The notes: generated by a model not told the origin, from the sequence alone. Counted from the stretch's first letter, positions 19,341-29,329 are shown. The stretch is 64,000 nt of DNA from Pseudomonadota bacterium (GCA_019352115.1 JABBNW010000002.1:1040-65039); one strand, 5' to 3'. Made by a program: numbers and translations.

Positions 19341-20201
19341 ATGCTGCTGCTGCAACTTCTGGTCAACGGCATCGTGACGGGCTGCGCGCTCGGCGTGGTG
19401 GCGGTGAGCTTTGCGCTGGTCTATGCCACCACGCGCATCTTCCACATCGCCCACGCCGGCGTGTACACCCTCGGCGGCTATCTGGCCTGGTCGCTGTTGG
19501 CGCACGGCGTGCCCGAACCGTTGGCTTTGCTCGGGGCGATGGCGGGTTGCACCGTGCTGGGGGCGGCGATCCAGCACTTCCTGTATGCGCCGCTGGAACG
19601 GCGGCGGGCGACGCATCTGATCGTGCTGATCGCCTCGCTCGGCGCGCTGGCGGTGATCCAGAACCTGATCGCCGCGGTCTATTCGTCCGACATCCTGGAA
19701 TTCACCATCCCATGGGCGAGCGCGGTCGTGACGCTCGGCGGGCTGCGGCTGACCGGGGCGCAGCTTGCGACCCTGGCGCTCAGCCTCGCCGCCTTCGTGG
19801 GCATGCTGTGGTTCGCGCATCGGACCCTGCTCGGCAAGCGCATCCGGGCGGTGGCGTCGAACCCGTTCCTAGCCGAAATCACGCGGCTGGAGCCGCGCGC
19901 GGTCTATGTCACCGTGATCGCCATCGCGTCGGCCGTGGTGTGCATCCCCGGCGTGCTGGTGCCGCTCGATCTCGGGCTGCAACCTTATGGCGGGGTGACG
20001 CCGCTGCTGACCGCGACCATCGCCATGATCGCCGGCGGGGTCGGCAGCCTGGGCGGCGCCTTCCTGTTCGCGGTGGTGATCGTCGTGCTGCAGAACCTGT
20101 CCCTGCTCGTGATGCCGGGGGAATGGAGCATCGGCGTCACGTTCGCGATCTTCGTCGTGTTCATGCTGTTCCGCCCGCGCGGGCTGTTCGCGGCAGGGTG
20201 A
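19341..20201 (+). CDS. livH: Branched-chain amino acid ABC transporter permease (LivH type)
   Basis: 286 aa: MLLLQLLVNGIVTGCALGVVAVSFALVYATTRIFHIAHAGVYTLGGY... This is the HAAT-family LivH signature. The protein is multi-TM. Confidence 0.85.
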   Translation: MLLLQLLVNGIVTGCALGVVAVSFALVYATTRIFHIAHAGVYTLGGYLAWSLLAHGVPEPLALLGAMAGCTVLGAAIQHFLYAPLERRRATHLIVLIASLGALAVIQNLIAAVYSSDILEFTIPWASAVVTLGGLRLTGAQLATLALSLAAFVGMLWFAHRTLLGKRIRAVASNPFLAEITRLEPRAVYVTVIAIASAVVCIPGVLVPLDLGLQPYGGVTPLLTATIAMIAGGVGSLGGAFLFAVVIVVLQNLSLLVMPGEWSIGVTFAIFVVFMLFRPRGLFAAG

Positions 20202-20214
20202 GGGGGAAACGGCG

Positions 20215-21078
20215 ATGGATTATTTCTACAGCTACCTGATCCTGGCCGAGATCTACGTGCTGCTCGGTCTGTCCACCAACCTGCTGGTCGGCGTGGTTGG
20301 CATTTTCTCGGTCTCCCAGGCCGCGGTGTTCGGGGTCGGCGCGTATATCGTGAGCGACTTCCTGCTGAGCGGCACGTTGTCGTTCCTGCCGGCGCTGGCG
20401 GTGGCGGCGGTCGCCTGCATCGTGCTGAACGTGCTGCTGACCTTGCCGAGCCTGCGCGTTTCCGGGGATTATTTCGTCGTCACGTCGTTCGGAATCCAGT
20501 TGCTGGCCACCGCGGTGTTCACTAACTGGACCGGCGGCACCGGGGGCGCGAACGGGCTGCCGGGTGTGCCGCCGCCCGATCTGTTCGGCTTTCCGCTGGA
20601 GGAGACGCGCCAGATCCTGGGCTTCACCACGGTCGCCGCGGGGCTCGGGTGCCTGGCGTTCTGGCTGGCGATGCGCGCGCCGTACGGGCGGCTGCTGAAG
20701 GCGATCCGCGAAGACGAACTGGCGGTGGCGGCGGCGGGCAAGGACGTCCTGCGCGCCAAGGTCTCGGCCGCCGCGCTGGCGGGCGCGTTCGCCGGCGTCG
20801 CCGGTGGCGTGTACGCAACATACATGAGCTTCATCGATCCGTCGTCGTTCGATCTGGATGCGTCGGTCCTGCTGCTGACGATGGTGGTGGTGGGCGGGGC
20901 GCGCACCCTGGCGGGGTCCATCGTCGGGCCGTTCGTGCTGCTGGCGCTGCCGCAATTGCTGCAACTGGTGGCGATCCCGACGACCGTTGCGGCGTCGGCG
21001 CGACAACTGCTGTACGGGGTGCTGCTGATCGCCTTCGCCGTGTTCCGCCCGCAAGGATTGGCGGGGGAGCGGCTGTGA
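20215..21078 (+). CDS. livM: Branched-chain amino acid ABC transporter permease (LivM type)
   Basis: 287 aa, including NLLVGVVGIFSVSQAAVFGVGAY and TNWTGGTGGANGLPGVP. These are typical LivM blocks. Confidence 0.85.
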   Translation: MDYFYSYLILAEIYVLLGLSTNLLVGVVGIFSVSQAAVFGVGAYIVSDFLLSGTLSFLPALAVAAVACIVLNVLLTLPSLRVSGDYFVVTSFGIQLLATAVFTNWTGGTGGANGLPGVPPPDLFGFPLEETRQILGFTTVAAGLGCLAFWLAMRAPYGRLLKAIREDELAVAAAGKDVLRAKVSAAALAGAFAGVAGGVYATYMSFIDPSSFDLDASVLLLTMVVVGGARTLAGSIVGPFVLLALPQLLQLVAIPTTVAASARQLLYGVLLIAFAVFRPQGLAGERL

Positions 21079-21839
21079 GTGCCTATCTGGAAGTCTCCGG
21101 CGTCAACCAGCGCTTCGGCGGGTTGCAGGCGCTGAACGACTGCGGCTTCGCGATCGCGCAGGGCGGCATCACCTGCATGGTGGGGCCGAACGGGGCGGGC
21201 AAGACCACGATCTTCAACGTCATCACCGGCTTCCTGCGGCCGGACACGGGGCATGTCGCGTTCCGCGGCCGGCGCCTGGACGGGTTGCGGCCGCAGGCGA
21301 TCGTGGCAGCGGGGATCGCGCGCAGCTTCCAGAACCTGCGCCTGTTCGTCGATCTGACCGCGTTGGAGAACGTGCTGATCGGCCTGCCGTCCGGCTTCGG
21401 GGAGGCGCCGCTGGGCGCGCTGTTCCGTCCGTTCCACACCGCGCGGCTCGATCGCGCGCGGCGGGCGCAGGCGATGGAACGGCTGGAGCACGTGGGGCTG
21501 GCCGATCGCGCGGCCGAGAAGGTGCGCAACCTTTCGTACGGCGAACAGAAACTGCTGACCGTGGCGCGGCTGCTGGCGACGGGGGCGGAGTTGCTGCTGC
21601 TGGACGAGCCGGCGTCCGGGCTGGCGGCCGGCGCGCTTGATCAGGTGATGGCCTTGCTGCGGCGGTTGCAGGGGGAAGGCAAGACCTTGCTGGTGGTGGA
21701 ACATAATACCAGGGTGGTGCAGCAGATCGCCGATCACGTGCTGTTCCTGCACCAGGGGCATCTGATGGCGGAGGGCACCCCCGCGCAGATCATTGCCGAT
21801 CCGGCGTTGGCGGAAATCTATTTCGGTGGTGCGCTGTGA
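21075..21839 (+). CDS. livG: ABC transporter ATP-binding protein (LivG type)
   Basis: GTG 21075 overlaps the livM stop (GTGA). Motifs are Walker A GPNGAGKTT, signature LSYGEQKLLTVARLL and Walker B LLLLDEPASGL. Confidence 0.85.
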   Translation: MSAYLEVSGVNQRFGGLQALNDCGFAIAQGGITCMVGPNGAGKTTIFNVITGFLRPDTGHVAFRGRRLDGLRPQAIVAAGIARSFQNLRLFVDLTALENVLIGLPSGFGEAPLGALFRPFHTARLDRARRAQAMERLEHVGLADRAAEKVRNLSYGEQKLLTVARLLATGAELLLLDEPASGLAAGALDQVMALLRRLQGEGKTLLVVEHNTRVVQQIADHVLFLHQGHLMAEGTPAQIIADPALAEIYFGGAL

Positions 21840-22531
21840 TCCTGGAACTTGCGGGCGTTGCGGCAGGCTACGGATCGAAGACCGTGGTGTCGGATCTGTC
21901 GTTCGGTGTGGAACCGGGGCAGATCGTCGCCCTGCTCGGCCATAACGGGGCAGGGAAGACGACCACACTGAAGACCGTAATGGGGCTGATCGCGCCGCGC
22001 GCGGGGGAAGTGCGGTTCGACGGCCAGGCACTCGGGCGGATGCCGGTGGCCGAACGGGTGGCGCGCGGCATCCGGCTGTTGCCGGAAGGGCGCGGCATCT
22101 TCCCCGATCTGACGGTTGCTGAGAATATCGACGTCGTTGCCGCGCGCACCGGCGCGCAGGGGGCGATGCTGAAGCCGGCGGACGTGTATGCGCTGTTCCC
22201 GGTGCTGGACGAACGCCGCGCGACACGGTCGGGCAGCATGAGCGGGGGGCAGCAGCAGATGCTGGCCTTCGGGCTCGCGATCCTCGGCACGCCGCGGTGC
22301 CTGATGCTGGACGAGCCCTCGATCGGCTTGCAGCCCAATCTGGTGGAGCGGCTGTTCGGCCAGGTGCGCGACGTCTGTCGCGCGCACGGCATGGCGGCTT
22401 TGCTGGTGGAGCAGAATGTCGCCGCGGCGATGGGGCTCGCCGACCGGGTGGTCATCATGAACAACGGGCGGATCGTGTTCGAGGGGCTGCCGGAGGAAGC
22501 GCGCGCATCCAACGTGTGGCATTATTTCTGA
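21836..22531 (+). CDS. livF: ABC transporter ATP-binding protein (LivF type)
   Basis: GTG 21836 overlaps the livG stop. Motifs are GHNGAGKTT, MSGGQQQMLAFGLAI and LMLDEPSIGL. Confidence 0.85.
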   Translation: MILELAGVAAGYGSKTVVSDLSFGVEPGQIVALLGHNGAGKTTTLKTVMGLIAPRAGEVRFDGQALGRMPVAERVARGIRLLPEGRGIFPDLTVAENIDVVAARTGAQGAMLKPADVYALFPVLDERRATRSGSMSGGQQQMLAFGLAILGTPRCLMLDEPSIGLQPNLVERLFGQVRDVCRAHGMAALLVEQNVAAAMGLADRVVIMNNGRIVFEGLPEEARASNVWHYF

Positions 22532-22574
22532 GCGTGGACAGGCCTGCGTGCGGGCCGCACACTCCACGCCGCCA

Positions 22575-23435
22575 ATGACACCGGAGCCGCACGTGCCTGA
22601 TACGATCCCGCTCGCCCCGCCGCCCGATGCCGCCGACCTGTTGCACCGCCGCCACCGCGTCCCGGCCGCACCGCCGCCGGGCTGGAACGATGTGCTGGCG
22701 ACGATGCTGGCGCATCGGTCCGTGCGGCACTTCCGCCCCGATCCGCTGCCCGCGGGCACCCTGGAGCTGCTGGTGACGGCGGCGCAATCGGCTTCGACGT
22801 CGTCCAACCTGCAACTCTGGAGCGTGGTGGCGGTGGCCGAGCCGGCCCGCAAGGTGCGGCTGGCACAGCTTGCCGGCCAGCAGGCGTTCATCGCGCAGGC
22901 GCCGCTGCTGCTGGTCTGGCTTGCGGACCTGCACCGGCTGGAAGCGCTCGCCGCGGCGCGCGGGGTGGCGGTGGAAGGGACGCAATTCCTGGAGGAATTC
23001 GTCGTCGGCGTGGTGGATGCCGCGCTGGCGGCGCAGAACGCGCTGACCGCGGCGGAATCGCTGGGCCTGGGCGGGGTCTATGTCGGGGCGATGCGCAACC
23101 TGCCGGAGCAGGTGGCGACGGAACTGGCGTTGCCGCCGCATGTGTTCGCGGTGTTCGGCATGGCGATCGGCTGGCCCGATCCCGCCGTCGACGGCGATAT
23201 CAAACCCCGGCTGCCGATCGAGGTCGTGCTGCATAGGGAACAGTATCGCGCCGCCCCCGACACGGCAGAGATCGGCCGGTATGATACGACCCTGCACGGT
23301 TTCCAGCGCGAGCAGGGTATGCGCGAAGTCGACTGGACCGCGCAGTGCATCGCCCGGGTGAAGGATGCCGCCGCGTTGCGCGGGCGCGACCGGCTGCGGG
23401 CGGCGCTGCGCGCGCTCGGGTTCGCCCTGCGCTGA
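22575..23435 (+). CDS. NfsA-like oxygen-insensitive NADPH nitroreductase family protein
   Basis: Track ORF 22548..23435 begins at a GTG; ATG 22575 is an alternative start. Motifs are HRSVRHF, SASTSSNLQ, AAESLGLGGVYVGAMRN and FGMAIGWPD...KPRLP. These match blocks of E. coli NfsA as I remember it. Confidence 0.75.
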   Translation: MTPEPHVPDTIPLAPPPDAADLLHRRHRVPAAPPPGWNDVLATMLAHRSVRHFRPDPLPAGTLELLVTAAQSASTSSNLQLWSVVAVAEPARKVRLAQLAGQQAFIAQAPLLLVWLADLHRLEALAAARGVAVEGTQFLEEFVVGVVDAALAAQNALTAAESLGLGGVYVGAMRNLPEQVATELALPPHVFAVFGMAIGWPDPAVDGDIKPRLPIEVVLHREQYRAAPDTAEIGRYDTTLHGFQREQGMREVDWTAQCIARVKDAAALRGRDRLRAALRALGFALR

Positions 23436-23512
23436 GCGCGGGATTGCCGGGGGCGGGGCGCCCGGATACCGTCCCCGTGCCGCCCGGACCGGACGGCCAA
23501 GGGGAAACGCAC

Positions 23513-24712
23513 ATGAGCACGAACCAGGCGCTGTCGGGCATCCGTGTCATCGACATGACGCACAACCAGGCCGGCCCCGCCTGCACCCAGATCCTGGGCT
23601 TCCTCGGCGCCGAGGTCATCAAGCTCGAAGACCCGCGCGGCGGCGACATTGCCCGGCGCAACATGGCCGACCGCGACGGCGACAGCCTGTTCTTCCTGGT
23701 GCTGAACGCGAACAAGCAAAGCCTGACCCTGAATTTGAAGACCGAGGCCGGCAAGGAACTGTTCCGCCAGGTGATCGACCAGGCCGACGTGCTGGTGGAG
23801 AATTTCGGCCCCGGCGCGCTCGACCGGCTGGGCCTCGGGTGGAACGCGCTGCACGCGCGCAATCCGCGCCTGATCTACGCCACCATCAAGGGCTTCGGCA
23901 CCTACGGGCCGTACAGCGGGTTCAAGAGCTTCGAGCCGATCGCGCAGGCGATGGGCGGCGCGATGGCGGTGACGGGATTCCCCGAGAACCCGCCCACCTA
24001 CACCTTCCCCGCGATCGGCGATTCCGGGACCGGGATGCACATGGCGATCGGCATCCTGGCCGCGTTGCAGCAGCGCCATGCCACCGGCGAGGGCCAGCAC
24101 GTCGAAGTTTCCATGCAGGACGCGGTGGTGAACCTGATCCGGGTCAGCCTGCGCGACCACCAGCGCTTCGGCCATCCGCCGCCGCGGGTCGGCAACCAGC
24201 TTGGCCGGAACGTTCCGGGCACGACCTACCCTTGCGCACCGGGCGGGACCAACGACTACGTCTACATCTTCGCCCAGCCGCAGATGTGGCCGGCGCTGAT
24301 CGCGGCGATGGAACAGCCGGAGCTTGGCACCGACCCGCGCTTTGCCACGCCGGACGCGCGGTGGGAAAATCGCGCGGCGCTCGATGCGATCGTCGGCGCC
24401 TGGACGCGCGGGCGCGACAAGCACGCGGTGATGCGGATATTGGGCGACGCCGGCGTGCCCTGCGGCGCCTGCCTCGATACCGGGGAAGTGCTCGCCGATC
24501 CGCATCTACGCGCGCGCGAAATGATCGTCGATATCGACTACCCGGGCCGCGGCGAGTACCAGACCGTCGGCTGCCCGATCAAGCTGTCGGCAAGCCCGGT
24601 CGCCGTGACCCGCCCGCCGCTGCTCGGCGAACATACCGCGGCGCTGCTCGGCCGGCTGTGCGATGTCGGGCCGGAGGCGCTGGAGGAACTGCGCCGCGGC
24701 GGAACGATCTGA
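23513..24712 (+). CDS. Class III (CaiB/BaiF) CoA-transferase, formyl-CoA transferase (Frc)-like
   Basis: Start at ATG 23513 after AAGGGGA. The sequence is GIRVIDMTHNQAGPACTQILGFLGAEVIKLE...VLVENFGPGALDRLG...AIGDSGTGMHMAIGILAAL...VSMQDAVVNLIRVSLRD. This is close to remembered Frc/YfdW sequence, but the region holding the Frc GGGGQ loop is shorter and different. Confidence 0.7.
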   Translation: MSTNQALSGIRVIDMTHNQAGPACTQILGFLGAEVIKLEDPRGGDIARRNMADRDGDSLFFLVLNANKQSLTLNLKTEAGKELFRQVIDQADVLVENFGPGALDRLGLGWNALHARNPRLIYATIKGFGTYGPYSGFKSFEPIAQAMGGAMAVTGFPENPPTYTFPAIGDSGTGMHMAIGILAALQQRHATGEGQHVEVSMQDAVVNLIRVSLRDHQRFGHPPPRVGNQLGRNVPGTTYPCAPGGTNDYVYIFAQPQMWPALIAAMEQPELGTDPRFATPDARWENRAALDAIVGAWTRGRDKHAVMRILGDAGVPCGACLDTGEVLADPHLRAREMIVDIDYPGRGEYQTVGCPIKLSASPVAVTRPPLLGEHTAALLGRLCDVGPEALEELRRGGTI

Positions 24713-24735
24713 CCCAAGAAGGGAAACAGCACGCC

Positions 24736-25508
24736 ATGGCCGACGGCCGTTACGATCCGCGCATCGAGGATATCGAATACCTGCGCCACGGTGAGCGCGC
24801 GCTGCTCGCGCGTCTGTATCAGCCGCGCGGCGCCGGGCCGTTTCCCGCCATCGTCGAAGTGCACGGCGGCGCCTGGGTGAACAGCGACCGGCTGAACAAC
24901 GAAGGTTCCATGACGGAACTGGCGCAGAGCGGGATCGTGGTGCTGTCGCTCGATTTCCGCATGCCGCCGGAGGCGGGGTATCCGGCCTCGGCGCAGGACA
25001 TCAACTTCGGCATCCGCTGGCTGAAGGCGCACGCGGCGGAGTGCGGTACCACGCCCGCGCAGGTGGGCGGGTTCGGAACATCGAGCGGCCCGGGCCGGCG
25101 GGCGTGGATGCCAGCCTGGCGTTTGTGATCTCGGCCTGGGGGGTGATCGATCCGCCGGGGCGCTATGGGCTGGCGCAGGCGCGCGGCAACACGGCCATGC
25201 TCGACAACCACCATAAATTCTGGGGCGACGTCGCGGCGATGGAGGAAGGCAGCCCGCCGCATATCCTCGCGCGCGGGGAAAAAGTCTCCCTGCCGCCGGC
25301 GCTGATCTTCCAGGGCACCGCGGACGAATGGGTGCCCACCGCAACGGCCGAAGCCCTCGCCGACGCCTGGCGCCGCGCCGGCGGGGATGCGGACCTCGCG
25401 TTGTACGAAGGCGAGCGCCACACCTTCATGCGCGAACACCCGACCAGCCCCAACTCCCGCTTCGCACTGCAACGGGTGCAGGAGTTCATCCACCGCCGCG
25501 GGCGCTGA
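24736..25508 (+). pseudogene. Alpha/beta hydrolase (HSL/esterase-lipase type), disrupted by a frameshift and probably a short deletion
   Basis: The N-terminal part is in the frame of ATG 24736 (MADGRYDP...VEVHGGAWV...VGGFGTSSG, giving the HGG and GxSxG motifs) and stops at 25126-25128. The C-terminal part continues in another frame (track ORF 25041..25508): ...GVDASLAFVISAWGVIDP...LIFQGTADEWV...GERHTF. Confidence 0.6.
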
Positions 25509-25576
25509 CCGCCCCGCTTGCGCGCCGGCGCCGGGCCGGCGAGACTGTGCGCAAGAGACGATACCAGGAGGAAGCG

Positions 25577-26641
25577 ATGGCCGAACCTACCAACCGCTAC
25601 GAGCGTACCGCCGCGCGCGAACACGGCAAGCCCGGGCGGGAACTGCGCCCCGCCAGCATGACGATCGACATGCACGCCCACATGCTGGTCGATGCCGCCG
25701 CCGCACTGGTCGCGCCGCACATGCCGCCCGATCCGCGGGTGAAATTCTACACCGAGGAAACCCGCTTCCTGACCCGCAAGCAGGATGACGATCGGCACAA
25801 GCACCAGATCGACCTCGACCTGCGCCTGTCGGTGATGGACGAGATGGGCGTCGATATGCAGATCATCTCGCCCGCCCCGCCACAATGCTACTACACCATC
25901 CCGCCCGAGATCGGCATCAAAGCCGCAGAGGTCGTCAACGACGGCGTGGCGGAATTCTGCGCCCGCCGGCCGGACCGGCTGGCAGCCCTCGGCACCGTCG
26001 CCTTGCAAGCGGGCGGCGCGGCAGCGGCGGCGGAACTCGCGCGCTGCATGGGCAAGCTCGGCATGAAAGGCGTCGAGATCCTGACCCACGTCGGGGAAAA
26101 GGAAATCTCCGACCCGTCCTTGGAACCGTTCTGGGACGAGGCCGAGAAACTCGGCGCCGTCGTGATGGTCCACCCGGCCGGCTTCACCGAAGCGCGCCGG
26201 TTCGGCAAATACTATTTCAACAACGTCATCGGCAATCCGTTCGATACCACGATGGCGCTGCACTACCTGATCTTCGACGGCGTGCTGGCCCGCCACCCGA
26301 AACTGAAGCTCGTTGCCGTGCACGGCGGCGGCTACCTGCCGGCCTACTCGGGCCGCATCGACCATGCCTGGGGCGCCCGCAGCGACAGCCACGGCGAGTT
26401 GAAGGAAGCCCCCACCACCTATCTGAAACGAGTCTATTTCGACACGATCGTGTTCACCCCGCACCAACTCGAAGCGCTGGTGGCGTTGTTCGGCGTCGAT
26501 CACATCCTGATGGGTACCGACTACCCGTTCGACATGGGCGAATACGACCCGATCGGGCACATCGCCTCCGCCCGGTCACTCGATGCGACGGCCGCAGCCG
26601 CCATCGCCGGCGGCAACTCGCGCAAGCTGTTCGGAGTGTAG
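25577..26641 (+). CDS. Amidohydrolase-2 (ACMSD-like metal-dependent hydrolase/decarboxylase) family protein
   Basis: ATG 25577 is preceded by AGGAGG. Motifs are MTIDMHAHML, VMVHPAG, NVIGNPFDTTMALHYLIF, KLVAVHGGGYLP and ILMGTDYPFD. Together these form the typical family metal-ligand pattern. Confidence 0.8.
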   Translation: MAEPTNRYERTAAREHGKPGRELRPASMTIDMHAHMLVDAAAALVAPHMPPDPRVKFYTEETRFLTRKQDDDRHKHQIDLDLRLSVMDEMGVDMQIISPAPPQCYYTIPPEIGIKAAEVVNDGVAEFCARRPDRLAALGTVALQAGGAAAAAELARCMGKLGMKGVEILTHVGEKEISDPSLEPFWDEAEKLGAVVMVHPAGFTEARRFGKYYFNNVIGNPFDTTMALHYLIFDGVLARHPKLKLVAVHGGGYLPAYSGRIDHAWGARSDSHGELKEAPTTYLKRVYFDTIVFTPHQLEALVALFGVDHILMGTDYPFDMGEYDPIGHIASARSLDATAAAAIAGGNSRKLFGV

Positions 26642-26682
26642 CATCCGGGTGCGCCGGCCGCGGCGGCCGGCGCACGCCTGTT

Positions 26683-27927
26683 CTACGCAGAGACCCGCCG
26701 GGCGCGTGGGCTGCTGGTTTCGGCCGCGGCGATGTAGTCGCGGGTGAGAGGGACCGCGTCCTGGCGGTGCGCGAGCTGGATCTGGAACACCATCATGTTC
26801 TCTCTCCGGAACGAAATCTCGCATCCGGCCAGGTAGAATTCGAACATGCGGCAGAAGCGTTCGTCGTAGAGCGAGGCGATGGTGTCGCGGTTGGCGGCGA
26901 AGCGGCGGCGCCAGTGGCGCAGGGTTTCGGCGTAGTGCAGCCGCAGGATCTCGATATCCGTCAGCAGCAGGCCCGAGCGCTCGCTGGCGGCCAGCGTTTC
27001 CGACAGGGCCGGGCAGTAGCCGCCGGGGAAAATGTATTTGGCGAGCCAGGGGTTGGTGCTGCCCGGCCCTTCGTTGCGGCCGATCGCGTGCAGCAGGGCA
27101 ACCCCGTCAGGCTTCAGGCAGCGGGAGATCGTCTCGAAAAACGTGCGAAAATGGTCGACGCCGACGTGTTCGAACATCCCGACCGAGACGATCCGGTCGA
27201 AGCGGTCGGTGACGGCGCGATAGTCCATCAGCTCGAACCGCACCCGGTCCGCGAGCCCGGCGGCGGCGGCGCGGGCGCGCGCGGCGTTCAGTTGCTCCAC
27301 CGACAGGGTGATCCCGAGGACCTTGGCGCCAAAGTCCTGCGCCAGGGTGATCGCCATGCCGCCCCAGCCGCAGCCGATGTCGAGCACCGACAGATCGGGC
27401 TGGTCGAGGCGCAGCTTGGCCGCGATATGCCGCTTCTTCGCCGCTTGGGCGGCTTCCAGGGTTTCCGTGCCGGTCGGGAAGTAGGCGCAGGAGTATTGCC
27501 GGTCGCGGTCCAGGAACAGGCTGTAGAGCCGGCCGTTCAGGTCGTAATGATGCGCGACGTTGCGCTGTGCGCGGCCGACCGGGTTGAACTGGTCGAACCG
27601 CCGGCGCGCCCGGCGCAGGACCGCGTTCAGCCGCGCGAGCGGATGGCGGACGCCGGTTTCCATCAGGTTGGTGATGAGCAGGTCAAGCACATCGTAGATC
27701 GGGCAACCAAGCGGTTCCAGACCGCCGTCCATATAGGACTCGCCCACGCTCAGGGTGGGGTTCGTGACCAGGCGGCGCACGCTGCGGGCGTCGTTCAGGC
27801 GGATGGCAGCTTCCGGACCTGACCCGGGTGGGCCGCCGAAGTCCTCTGTGCTGCCGTCCGGCCACTGCACCCGCAGTCGGCCGCGGATGACGAAGCGCTT
27901 CAGCATTGCCGCGCATGCTGCCTGCAT
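26683..27927 (-). CDS. Cyclopropane-fatty-acyl-phospholipid synthase family SAM-dependent methyltransferase
   Basis: 414 aa. Family blocks are NVAHHYDL.N.LYSLFLD, YSCAYF and VLDIGCGWGGMAITLA (the SAM motif). ATG 27927 is preceded by GGGGGA. Confidence 0.85.
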   Translation of the reverse strand: MQAACAAMLKRFVIRGRLRVQWPDGSTEDFGGPPGSGPEAAIRLNDARSVRRLVTNPTLSVGESYMDGGLEPLGCPIYDVLDLLITNLMETGVRHPLARLNAVLRRARRRFDQFNPVGRAQRNVAHHYDLNGRLYSLFLDRDRQYSCAYFPTGTETLEAAQAAKKRHIAAKLRLDQPDLSVLDIGCGWGGMAITLAQDFGAKVLGITLSVEQLNAARARAAAAGLADRVRFELMDYRAVTDRFDRIVSVGMFEHVGVDHFRTFFETISRCLKPDGVALLHAIGRNEGPGSTNPWLAKYIFPGGYCPALSETLAASERSGLLLTDIEILRLHYAETLRHWRRRFAANRDTIASLYDERFCRMFEFYLAGCEISFRRENMMVFQIQLAHRQDAVPLTRDYIAAAETSSPRARRVSA

Positions 27928-28003
27928 CGTTCTATCCCCCGCTTCTTTCCGGCCCCTGACCGGACTATCATCGCGCTGTCATGTAGCCTCCGTCAAACCC
28001 GCG

Positions 28004-29329
28004 TCAAGCGGCGAAACGCACCAGCCGGCCCTCGGGCGTGCCCAGCACTTCGTCCTCCCGCATCACCGTGCAGCCGCGCACGATCGTGGCAACGGGCCAG
28101 CCGGTAACAGCAGTTCCGGCAAACGGCGTCCAGCCGCAGGGGGACACGATCCAGCTTTCTTCGATGCGTTGCCGGCGCTGCATGTCGACCAAGGTAAAAT
28201 CAGCGTCATAGCCAGCGGCAAGCCGGCCCTTGCCTACCACGCCGTAAACCCGGGCGGGGCCGGCGCACATCAGATCGACCAGGCGCGGCAACGACAGGCG
28301 CCCGGCGCTGACGTGGTTCAGCATCAGTGGTACGATTGTCTGCACCCCTGTCAGCCCCGCGGCGCAGTCAGGCCAGGGCAGCGTTTTCTTCGTGCGCGCA
28401 TGCGGAGCGTGGTCGGATCCGACCGTATCGACCGTACCGTCGGCGATAGCCGCCCAGGCGGCCTCGTAATGGCGGCGGCCGCGGATAGGCGGGTTCATGA
28501 CCGCGAAGCCGCCAAGGGTTTCGTAAGCCTCCGGGGCGATCTGGGTGAGGTGATTGAGCAGGACCTCGCAGGTCGCGACGTCGCGGAAATCCTTGAGGTA
28601 GGCGAGTTCCTCGGCGGTGGAAACGTGCAGGATATGTGCCGGGCGGCCGGTTGTGCGGGCCAGCGCCATCAGGCGGCGGGTGCCAAGGAAAGCGCACTCC
28701 TCGTCGCGCCAGTCCATGTGGCGGACGTAGGGTTCGCCGCGGTGGAACAGCGGCTTGCGGGCTTGCAGGCGGTATTCGTCCTCACTGTGGTAGGCGATGC
28801 GGCGGCGGCCGGCACGCATCACCTGTTCCAAGTGTTCGTCGTCCTCGACCATCAGGTCGCCGGTGGAACTGCCGGCGAAGATCTTGATGCCGCAGACGCC
28901 GCGACCGGTCTCCAGCGCCGCCAGCGCCGGGATGTTGGTCTTGGTGCCGCCGACATAGAGGCCGATGTCGCACCAGGAATGGCGCTCCGCGTAGTCCTGC
29001 TTCCAGGCCAGGCGGTCCGCGTCGGTGATGGACGGCGCCGTGTTCGGCATGTCGAACACGGCGGCCAGCCCGCCGAGGACGGCGGCCTTGGTGCCGGTGG
29101 CGATGGTTTCCACGGCCGGGTCGCCGGGGTCGCGCAGGTGCACGTGCGGGTCGATCAGGCCAGGCAGGACGTGCAGGCCGGCGGCGTCGATCGTCGCGTC
29201 GGCGGTGGCGGCGGCGGGGACGCCGAGGGCGGCGATGCGGCCGTCGCGCACGCCGATGTCGGTGGCCTCCATGCCCCAGGGGAGGACGGCGGTGCCGCGG
29301 CGGATCAGCAGGTCGTAGTGCTCTTGCAT
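28004..29329 (-). CDS. Cyclic amidohydrolase, dihydroorotase-like (DHOase/allantoinase family)
   Basis: Start at ATG 29329 (MQEHYDLLIRRGTAVLP...). It carries GLIDPHVHLRDPG (the HxH metal site), FDMPNT and later Asp/His ligand blocks. About 441 aa. Confidence 0.75.
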   Translation of the reverse strand: MQEHYDLLIRRGTAVLPWGMEATDIGVRDGRIAALGVPAAATADATIDAAGLHVLPGLIDPHVHLRDPGDPAVETIATGTKAAVLGGLAAVFDMPNTAPSITDADRLAWKQDYAERHSWCDIGLYVGGTKTNIPALAALETGRGVCGIKIFAGSSTGDLMVEDDEHLEQVMRAGRRRIAYHSEDEYRLQARKPLFHRGEPYVRHMDWRDEECAFLGTRRLMALARTTGRPAHILHVSTAEELAYLKDFRDVATCEVLLNHLTQIAPEAYETLGGFAVMNPPIRGRRHYEAAWAAIADGTVDTVGSDHAPHARTKKTLPWPDCAAGLTGVQTIVPLMLNHVSAGRLSLPRLVDLMCAGPARVYGVVGKGRLAAGYDADFTLVDMQRRQRIEESWIVSPCGWTPFAGTAVTGWPVATIVRGCTVMREDEVLGTPEGRLVRFAA

